A DNA stretch of 64,000 nt from positions 514,293 through 578,292 of IMG/VR virus record IMGVR_UViG_3300046660_000488; one strand, 5' to 3'. The number at the start of each line of letters is the position of its first letter. Within the stretch, counting starts at the first letter, position 1. Shown here piece by piece: positions 44,900 to 54,639 of this stretch. The translations under genes and the position numbers were made by a program. The notes beneath the pieces were generated by a model, which ran no database searches, was not told the DNA's origin, and saw only the letters and a program-made list of their open reading frames with translations.

Positions 44900-45199
44900 A
44901 TGGGCGATCAGCAAAACTTTCAGCAGATGAGAGAGTTCATCTACCTGACTGAACAACAGGTCTATGCGGACTACGCAGACTTGTTTGAACAGCAGGTGGG
45001 TGAACCTTTGCTCGAAGAACAACAAGAAGTCTTCGAACATCCTATTCTGCATGACTGCCGCGAACTCGTCTTCAAACTAAGAGCCTTCATGGAAAGTGAG
45101 GGCGGTGATTACGCGATGGGTGTTGAGACCGGTATGCAGCGGGCTGCTGAAATGGTCGAGAATATCATCCGCCGCTATGAGAAGGGTGACGATGAGTAA
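44900..45199 (+). CDS. Hypothetical late protein
   Basis: TAAATA at 44889. Confidence 0.75.
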   Translation: MGDQQNFQQMREFIYLTEQQVYADYADLFEQQVGEPLLEEQQEVFEHPILHDCRELVFKLRAFMESEGGDYAMGVETGMQRAAEMVENIIRRYEKGDDE

Positions 45200-45452
45200 C
45201 CAGAAATTCCGCAGCATCCTCGACGAACTGGCCGGGTCAACAGCCGCGCCTGCGCGCGACCGCGACCAGTTTATCGAATACCAAGCCCAGCAGGTCATGG
45301 CGAGCGTCAGCCACCTCATGAACCTGATCCGCGAAACGTATGACCCGGAGACTGCCGAAGACCTGCAAAAGCGTCTGGTCAATTCGATCCGGACTGAAGA
45401 CGAGCGCAAGTTCCGTCGCAAGATGAAAGAGCTTCGCGAGGCCAAGAAGTGA
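45192..45452 (+). CDS. Conserved head-module hypothetical protein
   Basis: Coupled; L..LIRETYD.ETAEDL.KRL.NSIRT.D..KF motif. Confidence 0.75.
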   Translation: MSNQKFRSILDELAGSTAAPARDRDQFIEYQAQQVMASVSHLMNLIRETYDPETAEDLQKRLVNSIRTEDERKFRRKMKELREAKK

Positions 45453-46834
45453 AAATCGAGCTAAAAGCCGTCAGCAAGAAATCCAAGCTCATCCACATCG
45501 ACGGTGAGCGCGCCGGAATCGTGGACTGGGAATCCCAGTCCATGCCGAACACCTTGAGCGGTCCCGGCCGCAGGGCGTCGTTCTGGTCGGGTTTCGTTCG
45601 CTGGGACGGCCAGAAGCTTGGCCTGAACAAGATCGAGAAGGCGTCGGACATCGTCGCCAAGATCGAGCGCGAGATCGCGCGCCATGAAGCCCAGAAGACG
45701 GCTCCGTCGCTGGAAGAAGCCGGGATGATCTCCCGTCTTGCGAACCGTGCCGTGAACGGCATCAAGTCGGCCGCCGCCGACACCAAGGATCGTTTGGCCT
45801 ACGGGTTTGGTGACCATGGCGCTCTGGGTGAAATCGGACTGCGCTCGGCGACCAAGGAACTGACAAACCAGTGGAGCGTCTATGCGCGTCGGAACGCGCG
45901 GGCTGAGAAAGATCAGTCCTATCTGACGAACCCGAACCTCGAACAACTCGCGGACTTTCTCCAATTTCAGTACGGCTTGACGCTGACGCCAGAGCAGATC
46001 ACTGCGGCGATGAGCGGCAAGAAAGCAGCCCCCGCGAAAGCTGAAGCACCGGCCGTCGCGCCTCAAACCGCGACGGAAGCCATCCTGCAACGTCTTGCGA
46101 TCAAGGCCGTCATCAGCGAGGCGCCGACTATGCCGCCGGTTGATGCTCCGGACGAAGAAGAGCACGAAGCCGGTCCCGCCGACATCACGTTCGACCCCAA
46201 GCAACTGTTCCCGCGTCTGGCGAACATGCTGATGAATGCTGGCCTGTTGAAGGTAGACTTCAAAGGCGGCGTCAGCGTCGGGTCGCTTCACGGCAAAGGC
46301 GCGGAAGAAGAAAATGACGGCCCAGTCGCCGTGACGCCGGAGCAGGCCGCGCAGATCGCATCCAAGATCACCGATGATGGCTATCACCTCGACATGATCA
46401 AGCTGAGCAAGCAGCTTGGCGCGAAAAACGTGTCGCTGGCCCAGATGAACTGGCTCCAGCAGAACATCCACACGCCGATGGACGTTCGCCAAGTCATGCT
46501 GCGTCAGAAGGACGAGAAGACTGACAACCGCGACACCGTAGAGTTGCTGACCACAGTCGCCACGACGATTGCGGATTGCTTCACCAAGCAAGAACTGAAG
46601 GGCAACAACATCACCAGCCTTGGGTCCACCGTGGACGTTGACAAGATGGCGAAGATGCTCAAGGCCGAAAACATCGACGGAACCGTGCTCCAGATCATGG
46701 CCAACGCCGCGAAGGACCCGGACAAATTCGCGGCTCTGCTGATCCGTGAGAACGACGCCGCGACCCGCGCCGTTGCGGGCGTGATCAAAGCGTTCTCGGC
46801 ATCCATGGTGCGTGCCACGAAGGGCAAGAAGTGA
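45449..46834 (+). CDS. Putative virion protein
   Basis: 461-aa ORF in late operon. Confidence 0.75.
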   Translation: MKIELKAVSKKSKLIHIDGERAGIVDWESQSMPNTLSGPGRRASFWSGFVRWDGQKLGLNKIEKASDIVAKIEREIARHEAQKTAPSLEEAGMISRLANRAVNGIKSAAADTKDRLAYGFGDHGALGEIGLRSATKELTNQWSVYARRNARAEKDQSYLTNPNLEQLADFLQFQYGLTLTPEQITAAMSGKKAAPAKAEAPAVAPQTATEAILQRLAIKAVISEAPTMPPVDAPDEEEHEAGPADITFDPKQLFPRLANMLMNAGLLKVDFKGGVSVGSLHGKGAEEENDGPVAVTPEQAAQIASKITDDGYHLDMIKLSKQLGAKNVSLAQMNWLQQNIHTPMDVRQVMLRQKDEKTDNRDTVELLTTVATTIADCFTKQELKGNNITSLGSTVDVDKMAKMLKAENIDGTVLQIMANAAKDPDKFAALLIRENDAATRAVAGVIKAFSASMVRATKGKK

Positions 46835-47595
46835 GCTTTGAGTTCATCAACACCCTATCCGAAAGCCGTCTGATCCCGTCGAAGACATCGTACCGCCAGT
46901 ACGACGCCCAAGACATTTCGGAAATGGTGGCGCTGTATCTGTGCACCCTCTACATTCTGTACTGCGAGCGCGAAAGCCGCGAGACGGCGATCTCCTACGC
47001 CCGCCGCACGCTCCAGTACGGCATCCACTTCGGGACGTGGCACACCGGGGGCACGGACCTCTATGCCCTGCTGCACGGCATCACGGACGGGACAGACATC
47101 GACTTCCGCAATCAGAGCCGCAGCGAGCGTTTTCGCCACCAGCTTCCCATGGACGAAATCCTGATCGTTCGCTGGATTCGCGAACTGAGCCAAGGGTCGA
47201 TCCGTCCGGGCACGCACCGTCAATTGTTCATCCGTCTGGATTTCAACCTCAAGATCGAGAACCAGTCTATCCGGTCGGTTCGCCGTCTGGTCATGGACTG
47301 GAAGGATTTGGCCGAGCCTGAAGCTCGACTGGCCACCACGCGCCTGCTTCAGCTTCTCCGCAACCGCGCGCCGCGCAGCGAATTGCTGGGCACGCTGAAG
47401 GACATGGCCGACCGCCACCATCTGGAAATCAACGGCGCCCGTAACAAAGAAGCGGGCATCCCGAAATACAACGAGCCGCCCAAGGACATCAACGTCCCGG
47501 CGGCAGAGCCGAAGTCTAACCTGCTCCGGAGCCTCGCCACGGTTGGCGCTGGATACGCGGCCGGTCGTTTCATCGGCTCGCGACTGAGGAAGTAA
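46831..47595 (+). CDS. Putative virion structural protein
   Basis: Coupled, late operon; F...LSESRL N-terminus. Confidence 0.75.
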   Translation: MSFEFINTLSESRLIPSKTSYRQYDAQDISEMVALYLCTLYILYCERESRETAISYARRTLQYGIHFGTWHTGGTDLYALLHGITDGTDIDFRNQSRSERFRHQLPMDEILIVRWIRELSQGSIRPGTHRQLFIRLDFNLKIENQSIRSVRRLVMDWKDLAEPEARLATTRLLQLLRNRAPRSELLGTLKDMADRHHLEINGARNKEAGIPKYNEPPKDINVPAAEPKSNLLRSLATVGAGYAAGRFIGSRLRK

Positions 47596-47596
47596 C

Positions 47597-47773
47597 ATGC
47601 GTTGGAAAGAAATCGTCGAAACAGCATCTTGTGGAGCGACCGGGTCGGCGAGCATCGCCACGGCTCCGGGTGGTCTGGGTATGGGCTTTGACCCCAAGGG
47701 GGACAAGGGCATCTACCAGAACAAGAAGAAGCGCAAGAAGACCGACGAAAGCATGCCCATCATCCGTCGATGA
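47597..47773 (+). CDS. Small internal head protein candidate (58 aa)
   Basis: Read manually: MRWKEIVETASCGATGSASIA...; SD GAGGA. Confidence 0.75.
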   Translation: MRWKEIVETASCGATGSASIATAPGGLGMGFDPKGDKGIYQNKKKRKKTDESMPIIRR

Positions 47774-48045
47774 ATGTAGACTACAAATACATAGACGACC
47801 GCCGCACCAAAGAAGGTGATCTGGCTCGGGAAGGATACGTCTACCGGTTCTACTTCACAACGAAGGACCGGGACGATCTCAAGCATGTCTATGAATGGCT
47901 CGACGAGCACGTCCGGTCTGAAGTCAATAAGATGGAAATGTCGTCAAGCGGCAATGCTTTTCTAGGTCGTCCGACCGAATACATCCTCACGCTGTGCTTC
48001 AAGGACGACAAAGACGCTGTATTGTGCCGTTTGCGCTGGTGTTGA
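47770..48045 (+). CDS. Hypothetical protein
   Basis: Coupled ORF. Confidence 0.7.
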   Translation: MNVDYKYIDDRRTKEGDLAREGYVYRFYFTTKDRDDLKHVYEWLDEHVRSEVNKMEMSSSGNAFLGRPTEYILTLCFKDDKDAVLCRLRWC

Positions 48046-48108
48046 GCCTTCGAGGATAAATACTTTCATGGCCTTCGGCCCCAATCTCTCCTTTGAAAGG
48101 AAAACACA

Positions 48109-48468
48109 ATGTATAGCAATAAAGTGAACGGTCACGCCTTTGCTGGCGAGCACCTGACTTCGAACATCGACTACTTCACCGTTTCGACCCCGGTCAACCT
48201 GACCGCCGCCGTCGCCAACGGTATCTCGGCCCTCGACAAGCTCGTCGAAGTCGTCTCCCTGCGTGGCCAGCCGGTCATCATGGGCGCCGTCACGGGTACG
48301 GGTCCGTACGTCCTGAAGTTCGCAACGGAACACAAGGGCTCGTGGAACGTCTCGGGCGACCAAGTCACCGACAACTCGGCGGCTGACCTGAAGGCTGCGA
48401 TCATCGCCCACGGTGTTGGTTTCGGCTTTGACGCCAACACGACCGTCACGGTTTCGGCCTCGCTGTAA
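48109..48468 (+). CDS. Small virion structural protein, probably highly expressed
   Basis: TAAATA at 48057, SD AAGGA, strong codon bias, own terminator. Confidence 0.75.
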   Translation: MYSNKVNGHAFAGEHLTSNIDYFTVSTPVNLTAAVANGISALDKLVEVVSLRGQPVIMGAVTGTGPYVLKFATEHKGSWNVSGDQVTDNSAADLKAAIIAHGVGFGFDANTTVTVSASL

Positions 48469-48494
48469 TCCAGCACTGACGTAGTCTCAAGATT

Positions 48495-48528
48495 AGCCCC
48501 GGTGGTTCTCCACCGGGGCTTTTTCTTT
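48495..48528 (+). terminator. Intrinsic terminator
   Basis: AGCCCCGGTG/CACCGGGGCT + T tract. Confidence 0.85.
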
Positions 48529-48593
48529 GTCCGTCAAGTTGAGGCGAGCGCAGCTAAATACACAATCAGTGCTGAGGATGCGTTCCTTTTACC

Positions 48594-48740
48594 ATGACGA
48601 TTAATGAAATGTTCGAGAACTCGGGCAACCGCAAGACGATCTGGACGAAGCGTGGGGGTGAACTCTCCAAGCGCTCGACGATGGCTGCTGTCGCACCGCG
48701 AACCAAGTTCGAGCAGGTCAAGGCCGGTGAGCAGAAATGA
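48594..48740 (+). CDS. Small protein (48 aa)
   Basis: Read manually: MTINEMFEN...; TAAATA at 48555; ATGA overlap with next gene. Confidence 0.55.
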   Translation: MTINEMFENSGNRKTIWTKRGGELSKRSTMAAVAPRTKFEQVKAGEQK

Positions 48741-50671
48741 GCACCACCAAATTCGAAGACGACCTGCACAAGCTTCTTGGCGTCGATAAGGATCAGATCG
48801 CAAGTCTGATTACCAAACTCGACTACGACGATCTTGAGCGTCTTCGCGACGTCTCTGACGGTAAAAGCTCCGAAGACAAAGAAGAAGCAAAGAAGATCGT
48901 CAGTAAAGCTGCTGATGATAACACGGAAGTGGATGAAGAACTCAATTCTCTTCTGCTCCCGAAGTCGGAGCTTAAGAAATCGTCGAAGAATTCGAAAATC
49001 CTCAAGAAGTCAAAGAGCGGCAAACGCCGCAATCACAATGCGACCTTTGCCATCGGCAGTGAAGTGGCGGTCAAAGGTCATAGCGCAACAGTCAAGAAGC
49101 CTAAAGCGCCGGGCGGCACGGTAGGCGTCATGATCAACGGAGAAACCAAAATGGTCGATAAGAAAGACGTTCACCCTCTTGAAGAGGGCATCATGGGTAT
49201 GTCGAGGATGCCCGGCCTTCGTCGTATCCAAGAACTGGCAGGCATCGCGCCGCAGCCCGGTTCTTTCGATGAACCCGAGCCCGCCGTGGTTCCGGGTGCT
49301 GAAGCCAGCCCGCTGGCTCCCGGTGCAGTTCCGGTCGAAGACCCGATGACTGCTGGCATGAGCGATGACATGGGCATGGATGACGGCATGGGTGACCATG
49401 ACGATCTGGGCATGGACGAATTCGGCGCCGACATGGACGCCGGTCTGGACGGCGGCATGGACGCTGGTATGGATGCGGGCATGGACGCAGGTTCCGAAAT
49501 GGGTCCTGAGCCGATGAGCGCTGCTCCGATGACGCCGGTCGCTCCGGCGCCGGGCGTTGCTGGCCTGCCGGGTCTGTCGATGGGTGCGGACGACGCATCC
49601 AACCTCGACCAGATGATCACCGACATCGAGAACCTGATCCCGAACGTCAAGATCAGCGAGTTCAAGTCGATCATCGCTCGTCTGGACGGTCTGGTCTCGC
49701 TGGCCAAGAACGCTGGCCGCGCTGCTCTGTCGGAAGCGCAAGCTCGCCGCCGCGCTGCTGCTCTGGCTGAAGACTTCGGTCCGCGCAAGAAGCGCCCGGT
49801 TCGCTACGGTGACGACCACGAAGACACGGCCGCCGCCGACCACTGGCTGCACGGCGACGACGAAGAAGACCTCGGTGACATGATGGGCCGTTCGCGCGGT
49901 TCGCGCACAGGCCACGGCGTTGACGAAGAAGCTCCTTCGAAGCCGAAGAAGCGCCCGACGCGCTACGGCGACGATCTGGAAGACACGTCGGCTGCTGACC
50001 GCTTTGCGTTCGGCGATGATGACGACGACGATCTGGGTGATGCTCTGGGTATGTCGCGCGGCGAGCGTCGAGGCCACGGCTTCGACGAATCGTTCGACGA
50101 CGAAGACACCGAAGCCGCTGACAAGTGGCTGCACGGCGACGACGAAGAAGACTCCGACCTGCAAGACTATCTGGGCCACTCGCGTGGTTCGGCGAGCCGT
50201 CACCGCTCGTTCGACGAAGACTCGATCAAGTCCGGCATCGACACCATCAGCGTCGCTCGCGACATCATGAAGCGTGGCGAAGCCAAGGAAAAGGGTCTCG
50301 GCAAGCGTCGTGGTGAGGAAGAAGACGCTCCGCCCAGCGATGGCGAAGACGTCAGCCGCAAGTCGCTGTTCGATTTCGTGAAGGAAGCTGAAGCTGACGG
50401 CATGGAAACCATCGGCGCCAACCGCAACGACGCCATCAAGGCAATGCAGGCCCGCATGGGTCCGGGCACGCCTTCGACGGCTGCTGCGGCGGCTCTGGAC
50501 GGCATGATCAAGGCCGGTTCGATCCAGCAGAAGGGCGCCAGCTTCACGATGAAGCCGACCGACGACGCGACGTTCCACAACACCATGAACGCCACGGTCA
50601 ATCCGGCCAACAAGCAACCTATCCAACCTTCGACGTCTGCGACGTCGTCGGTCACGGGTGGCATGGGCTAA
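48737..50671 (+). CDS. Acidic repeat-containing head/scaffold-like protein
   Basis: 644 aa, GMDA repeats and three acidic GDD-E repeats; late operon. Confidence 0.75.
   Translation: MSTTKFEDDLHKLLGVDKDQIASLITKLDYDDLERLRDVSDGKSSEDKEEAKKIVSKAADDNTEVDEELNSLLLPKSELKKSSKNSKILKKSKSGKRRNHNATFAIGSEVAVKGHSATVKKPKAPGGTVGVMINGETKMVDKKDVHPLEEGIMGMSRMPGLRRIQELAGIAPQPGSFDEPEPAVVPGAEASPLAPGAVPVEDPMTAGMSDDMGMDDGMGDHDDLGMDEFGADMDAGLDGGMDAGMDAGMDAGSEMGPEPMSAAPMTPVAPAPGVAGLPGLSMGADDASNLDQMITDIENLIPNVKISEFKSIIARLDGLVSLAKNAGRAALSEAQARRRAAALAEDFGPRKKRPVRYGDDHEDTAAADHWLHGDDEEDLGDMMGRSRGSRTGHGVDEEAPSKPKKRPTRYGDDLEDTSAADRFAFGDDDDDDLGDALGMSRGERRGHGFDESFDDEDTEAADKWLHGDDEEDSDLQDYLGHSRGSASRHRSFDEDSIKSGIDTISVARDIMKRGEAKEKGLGKRRGEEEDAPPSDGEDVSRKSLFDFVKEAEADGMETIGANRNDAIKAMQARMGPGTPSTAAAAALDGMIKAGSIQQKGASFTMKPTDDATFHNTMNATVNPANKQPIQPSTSATSSVTGGMG
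49786..50220 (+). repeat. Three imperfect protein-coding repeats (EDT.AAD..LHGDD.ED.LGD..G.SRG...H..DE)
   Basis: Visible in translation and DNA. Confidence 0.8.
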
Positions 50672-50675
50672 AACG

Positions 50676-51086
50676 ATGTATGTTCTGCTCGGTGAGAATC
50701 GTAGCGAGGCAGTCAACCGGTTCCAAGAAAGCTTGGGACCGGTGACGCCGCGCCCTCTTGCCGAGCAGACATTTCGCGTCTTCGAGAAGAAGGGTTTCAT
50801 CGTCGAGCAAGACGGAAAGTACCTGATCGAAGACTCAGTCGGCCAAGCCGACATGCGTACTCAGGCGACCGCAGAGGTCGTCAAAGCTGCTGACGCCACG
50901 ACGCAGGCTCACTCGAAAAGCCGCTCCAAGGGTGGCATGCACCACTTCAACGTCAACTCGTCCAATTTCCAGCGCGCACGGATCGCGAATTCGTGGAGCC
51001 CGCAGATGGCGTCAGTGTTCGCCCCCTCCCTGTTTCAGGCGTTGGGCATGACGAACCCCAATCCCGCCGACGCATCCGACGATTAA
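50676..51086 (+). CDS. Hypothetical protein
   Basis: MYVLLGENR start. Confidence 0.7.
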   Translation: MYVLLGENRSEAVNRFQESLGPVTPRPLAEQTFRVFEKKGFIVEQDGKYLIEDSVGQADMRTQATAEVVKAADATTQAHSKSRSKGGMHHFNVNSSNFQRARIANSWSPQMASVFAPSLFQALGMTNPNPADASDD

Positions 51087-51136
51087 TATTGCCGGGAATA
51101 GAGCCTAAATAGGATAATAACCTATTCGGTCATTCA

Positions 51137-51361
51137 ATGCGCTATCATGAGATTTCCGGCGGGTTCCGTGTTCCGGTTTCCGAGGAAGAACAAGAAATCA
51201 TCAGCTTGATCCAAGAAAAGGATCAAGTAAAGAAGGCTGATCTCGATGAACGTCAGCGCGAAATCGCGCGCCTGATGGTATCGCGGGGTCTCCTCAACCG
51301 TGGGCGCGATGATGACCAAGTTGTTTTGACTTTGAACAGCCCGGACTTGTGGAGAAACTGA
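51137..51361 (+). CDS. Conserved small late protein
   Basis: TAAATA at 51106; MRYHEI N-terminus. Confidence 0.75.
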   Translation: MRYHEISGGFRVPVSEEEQEIISLIQEKDQVKKADLDERQREIARLMVSRGLLNRGRDDDQVVLTLNSPDLWRN

Positions 51362-52203
51362 TGCCTGACGTGAACGCGAATGACGCCGCTGAAATGCAGC
51401 GTTTCATTGACATGATGGAAGGCCGCAATCCCGGCCCGACACCGCTCCAGCGCGGTGGCAACATGCAGCAGCATGCACCTTTGCCTGTGGACGACGGCGG
51501 CGCCTCGGCCATGAAGGACATCCTGTTGGCGATGTACGAAGCAGCCCCTGAACTGCAAACGGCTGGCCGTCACCTGAACGGCGGCGGCGATGACTTCGAT
51601 CCGGTCGGCGCGGCTTATCAGCAGCAGCAGATGGAAGCTGGCGGCGGCTACATCCCGGAAATGGACGAGTACGGCAACGAGAACCCGGCCTACACCCGTC
51701 AGCAGGCGGTTCACGCCGCGCGAGCCGCCCAGTCCTACGCCCCTCCGGCGTTCGATCCGGCTGGCCTGATGGTCGAGCGCGCCAAGGGCGACCGCGAACT
51801 GCGCGAAGCCATGATGACGAGCGTCAACGATGACGGCGTCCGCATCGGCAAGTACCAGATCGTCGTCAACGAGAACGACGCTGGCCTGAAGAGCTTCGAC
51901 ATCACCAACGCCAAGACCGCCGAAGCTATCGCCACCGACCTGACCCTGTACGAAGCCGCGCGCGGCATCGTGCGTCACCTCAACGAAGGCCTGATGATCA
52001 ACAGCCGGGAAATCCGCGAAATCCTGAACACCGAAGCGATCTACGGCCGCTCGCGCCAGAACGCGGCGGAAGCCCGTGAGCGCCAGCGCGTCTACGAGCG
52101 TCGCAACGACCCGAGCAAGGCGAACCTCATGGAAGCTCGCTACAGCGATTCGCTGGCCAAGGCCAAAGCGGCGAAAGCCCGTCTGATTGACCTGACCAAG
52201 TAA
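51361..52203 (+). CDS. Putative virion structural protein
   Basis: SD GGAGA, coupled. Confidence 0.75.
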   Translation: MPDVNANDAAEMQRFIDMMEGRNPGPTPLQRGGNMQQHAPLPVDDGGASAMKDILLAMYEAAPELQTAGRHLNGGGDDFDPVGAAYQQQQMEAGGGYIPEMDEYGNENPAYTRQQAVHAARAAQSYAPPAFDPAGLMVERAKGDRELREAMMTSVNDDGVRIGKYQIVVNENDAGLKSFDITNAKTAEAIATDLTLYEAARGIVRHLNEGLMINSREIREILNTEAIYGRSRQNAAEARERQRVYERRNDPSKANLMEARYSDSLAKAKAAKARLIDLTK

Positions 52204-53879
52204 TGCGTTTTCGGGAGATCATCGCGGAGAAGCGTCGCAACGCTTCGGTGAACAAGAAAGAAAGCGGCCTGTCGCAACTCTTGAAGTACAAGGGGCAGGC
52301 CGACGTCTTCGTGTCTTTCACCAGCGATGTGGGTACTGCGTCCAATCCCACCGAAATCACCCCGCACGACACACAGACCGGCGTCCGCGCCAGAGGCGGC
52401 AACCACAACGCCCGTGGCTCGAAGATCGGCATCAATCCCCAGACCGAATTCGACACCCCGGTGGGCATCTACGCCTATCCGGTGGACTACGTCATCGAGA
52501 AGCAGACGCGGATGGAATTTGCCGCGTCACGCCCGTACATGTACGTATTCCGCGCCCAAGGCAACGTTCTCGATCTGCGCTCCTACACCGACGCCGACTT
52601 GAAGCAAGACGTCGCCAAGCTGATGAAACTCTACGATTTCTCGGAGAGCGAAGTTAAGCGCGCGATGCGTGACGCCACAACCCAGACCCCCGGTGGCCAA
52701 ATCTGGAACATCACCCGGATGGTTTCGATTGCCGTCACGAAGCGTGAAGAAGCCCGCAAGGGCTTCGACAACTACGACGAATACGAGCCGCAGGAAGATG
52801 ACTTCGATTCCTTCGAGGAATACGAAGCCGAGTACATGGACTGGGAGCAGAACAAGCCTAAGTCCAAGGTGAAGACCAAGGGCGACGCCGGGGAGGAAAC
52901 CGCCGCGCCGATGAAATGGAACACCGTCTGGCGAGCGCTCGGATATTCAGCGGTGATCGATCTGGATGGTCTCGGCATCATTCACGAGAACGAAGCCACA
53001 CAGGGCGTGTTCTTCAGCATCAAGTCCATCAAGGCTCTGGAAGTCATCGACAGCATCGACCCACAACCGGAATGGAAACTGACCCGTGTGTGGGCCGACA
53101 AGCCTGAGTTGTTCATCAGCCAGATGCAAAAGGGCAAGATCGCGCTCGAAGACATCATCGAGTTCATGAAAGAGCACGAGTACATGTTCTCGCATGTTCC
53201 GTTCGATGCGTTCCCCAACGATTTCAAGAAGTACATCTTCGCGCATCCGCTTGAATTCTTGAAGCGAAGCTACGCGATGCACCATGTGCCATTCCCTCCG
53301 GCAACCCAGATCATGATCATTGATCACGATCCGAGGCAGGTTCAGGCGTTGCACAAGCCGCTTGCCCGGCCGGTTCTGGCGTATATTGCCAAGAATTTCA
53401 GCCGGTTCGCGAAGGAAGTCCCAGAAGTCATCGACCGGCTCCCTCCCGCACAGCAGGTCGCTGAGATCACCAAGAACCCGGCCCTGATTACCTATCTGCC
53501 GGGGTCACCGACGATGGTTGCGGCGCCGGTTCTGGCGGCGATCATCGACATCGATCCGTCGTTGTTCATGCGGTACTACCATAGCTACGACGCTCCGAAG
53601 ATTCATCCTTCGGTGATCGCTAAATTCTACAAGCAAGTCGTCGTGCCTCGCAAGCACCAAACGCTGGAATTTCTGTCGCTGATCGCGTCGAAGTATCCGG
53701 CCGCGACGCTGGGTGCTTGTCTGGCGGTTACAGACAAAAGGACCGCCCGCGCTTTCTACAAGCTGGCGAGCGGCCCCATGGATGGAAATCTGGTTCAGAA
53801 GGATTGGACGCGGAATACGAGCAAGCCGCCGAGCATGCTGGCGAAGCTGATCCTGAAATACCGCCCCGATCTGGCTTAG
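52203..53879 (+). CDS. Putative injected internal head protein
   Basis: MRFREIIAE N-terminus; GINP...FDTPVGIYAYP and GLGIIH.NE motifs. Confidence 0.75.
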   Translation: MRFREIIAEKRRNASVNKKESGLSQLLKYKGQADVFVSFTSDVGTASNPTEITPHDTQTGVRARGGNHNARGSKIGINPQTEFDTPVGIYAYPVDYVIEKQTRMEFAASRPYMYVFRAQGNVLDLRSYTDADLKQDVAKLMKLYDFSESEVKRAMRDATTQTPGGQIWNITRMVSIAVTKREEARKGFDNYDEYEPQEDDFDSFEEYEAEYMDWEQNKPKSKVKTKGDAGEETAAPMKWNTVWRALGYSAVIDLDGLGIIHENEATQGVFFSIKSIKALEVIDSIDPQPEWKLTRVWADKPELFISQMQKGKIALEDIIEFMKEHEYMFSHVPFDAFPNDFKKYIFAHPLEFLKRSYAMHHVPFPPATQIMIIDHDPRQVQALHKPLARPVLAYIAKNFSRFAKEVPEVIDRLPPAQQVAEITKNPALITYLPGSPTMVAAPVLAAIIDIDPSLFMRYYHSYDAPKIHPSVIAKFYKQVVVPRKHQTLEFLSLIASKYPAATLGACLAVTDKRTARAFYKLASGPMDGNLVQKDWTRNTSKPPSMLAKLILKYRPDLA

Positions 53880-54202
53880 GCCGCCTTGGCGAAGAGCTTT
53901 TCGTAGGTCATCCAGTCGAACCGGCTGACGTTTTCGTAGAAATCGCCCGGCAGGGTGGCGATGTAATCGCGCACGGTCTGCTCCATGTCTTCCGGCACGC
54001 CGACGAACAGCGTCAGTTGGTAGGTCGTAGCGATCTCGCGCACGTCGCAGGCCGGAGCTTCGGTCAGGGCCTTGGCTTCGTCGAGGCGGCCGGTGAGGAA
54101 ATCCTTCGCGTCATTCACGTCCAGCAGGCAGATGCGGCAGACGGCGTCCAGCAGAGCAATCATGCGAGGGGTCGGGTAGTAGAACTTAACGTCGCGCGAC
54201 AT
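53876..54202 (-). CDS. Hypothetical protein
   Basis: SD GGAGA; MSRDVKFY start. Confidence 0.7.
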   Translation of the reverse strand: MSRDVKFYYPTPRMIALLDAVCRICLLDVNDAKDFLTGRLDEAKALTEAPACDVREIATTYQLTLFVGVPEDMEQTVRDYIATLPGDFYENVSRFDWMTYEKLFAKAA

Positions 54203-54340
54203 GAATGGTTCTCCGTGCTGTTCCGATGACCTCAAGCTACCACAATATTTTCAATTTGCAAGTGGAAATGTTGAATCAGAAGAGAAAAGATCGCCAGCAT
54301 AAATACAACACACAGACTGTGTTGGCTGCTTGGAGTAATC

Positions 54341-54628
54341 ATGGCTATCCGCGAGATTCGCGAACGAGCAATTCAGAAGCTCAAACCACTGAACGAACGT
54401 ATGGATCGTCAGTATGGGGTGAAGCTCGACCTGAATTCAGATCGCGACCATCTTCGGACGGTTTATGAGCACTACAAAGCTAAGCGTGAAACTATTCGCG
54501 CGAAGCTTGGCGAAGCAGCCGCCATCACAGACCCCGACTATGCCAAGGCCGTCTTCATCAGCGAGGCCGCCCGGCTATTTCTGCGGGAAATTTCGCCGAA
54601 GCGCATCCGCAAGAAAACCAAGAAATAA
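54341..54628 (+). CDS. Small late protein
   Basis: TAAATA at 54300, SD GGAG. Confidence 0.75.
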   Translation: MAIREIRERAIQKLKPLNERMDRQYGVKLDLNSDRDHLRTVYEHYKAKRETIRAKLGEAAAITDPDYAKAVFISEAARLFLREISPKRIRKKTKK

Positions 54629-54639
54629 CAGGAGCCATT

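Noticed and set aside
49010-50854. 614-aa minus-strand ORF, and similar long antisense ORFs (15257-16573, 43344-44375, 45461-46591, 57512-58378, 61042-62247)
   Set aside because: Shadow frames of GC3-biased sense genes; they lack motifs and fully overlap well-supported CDSs.
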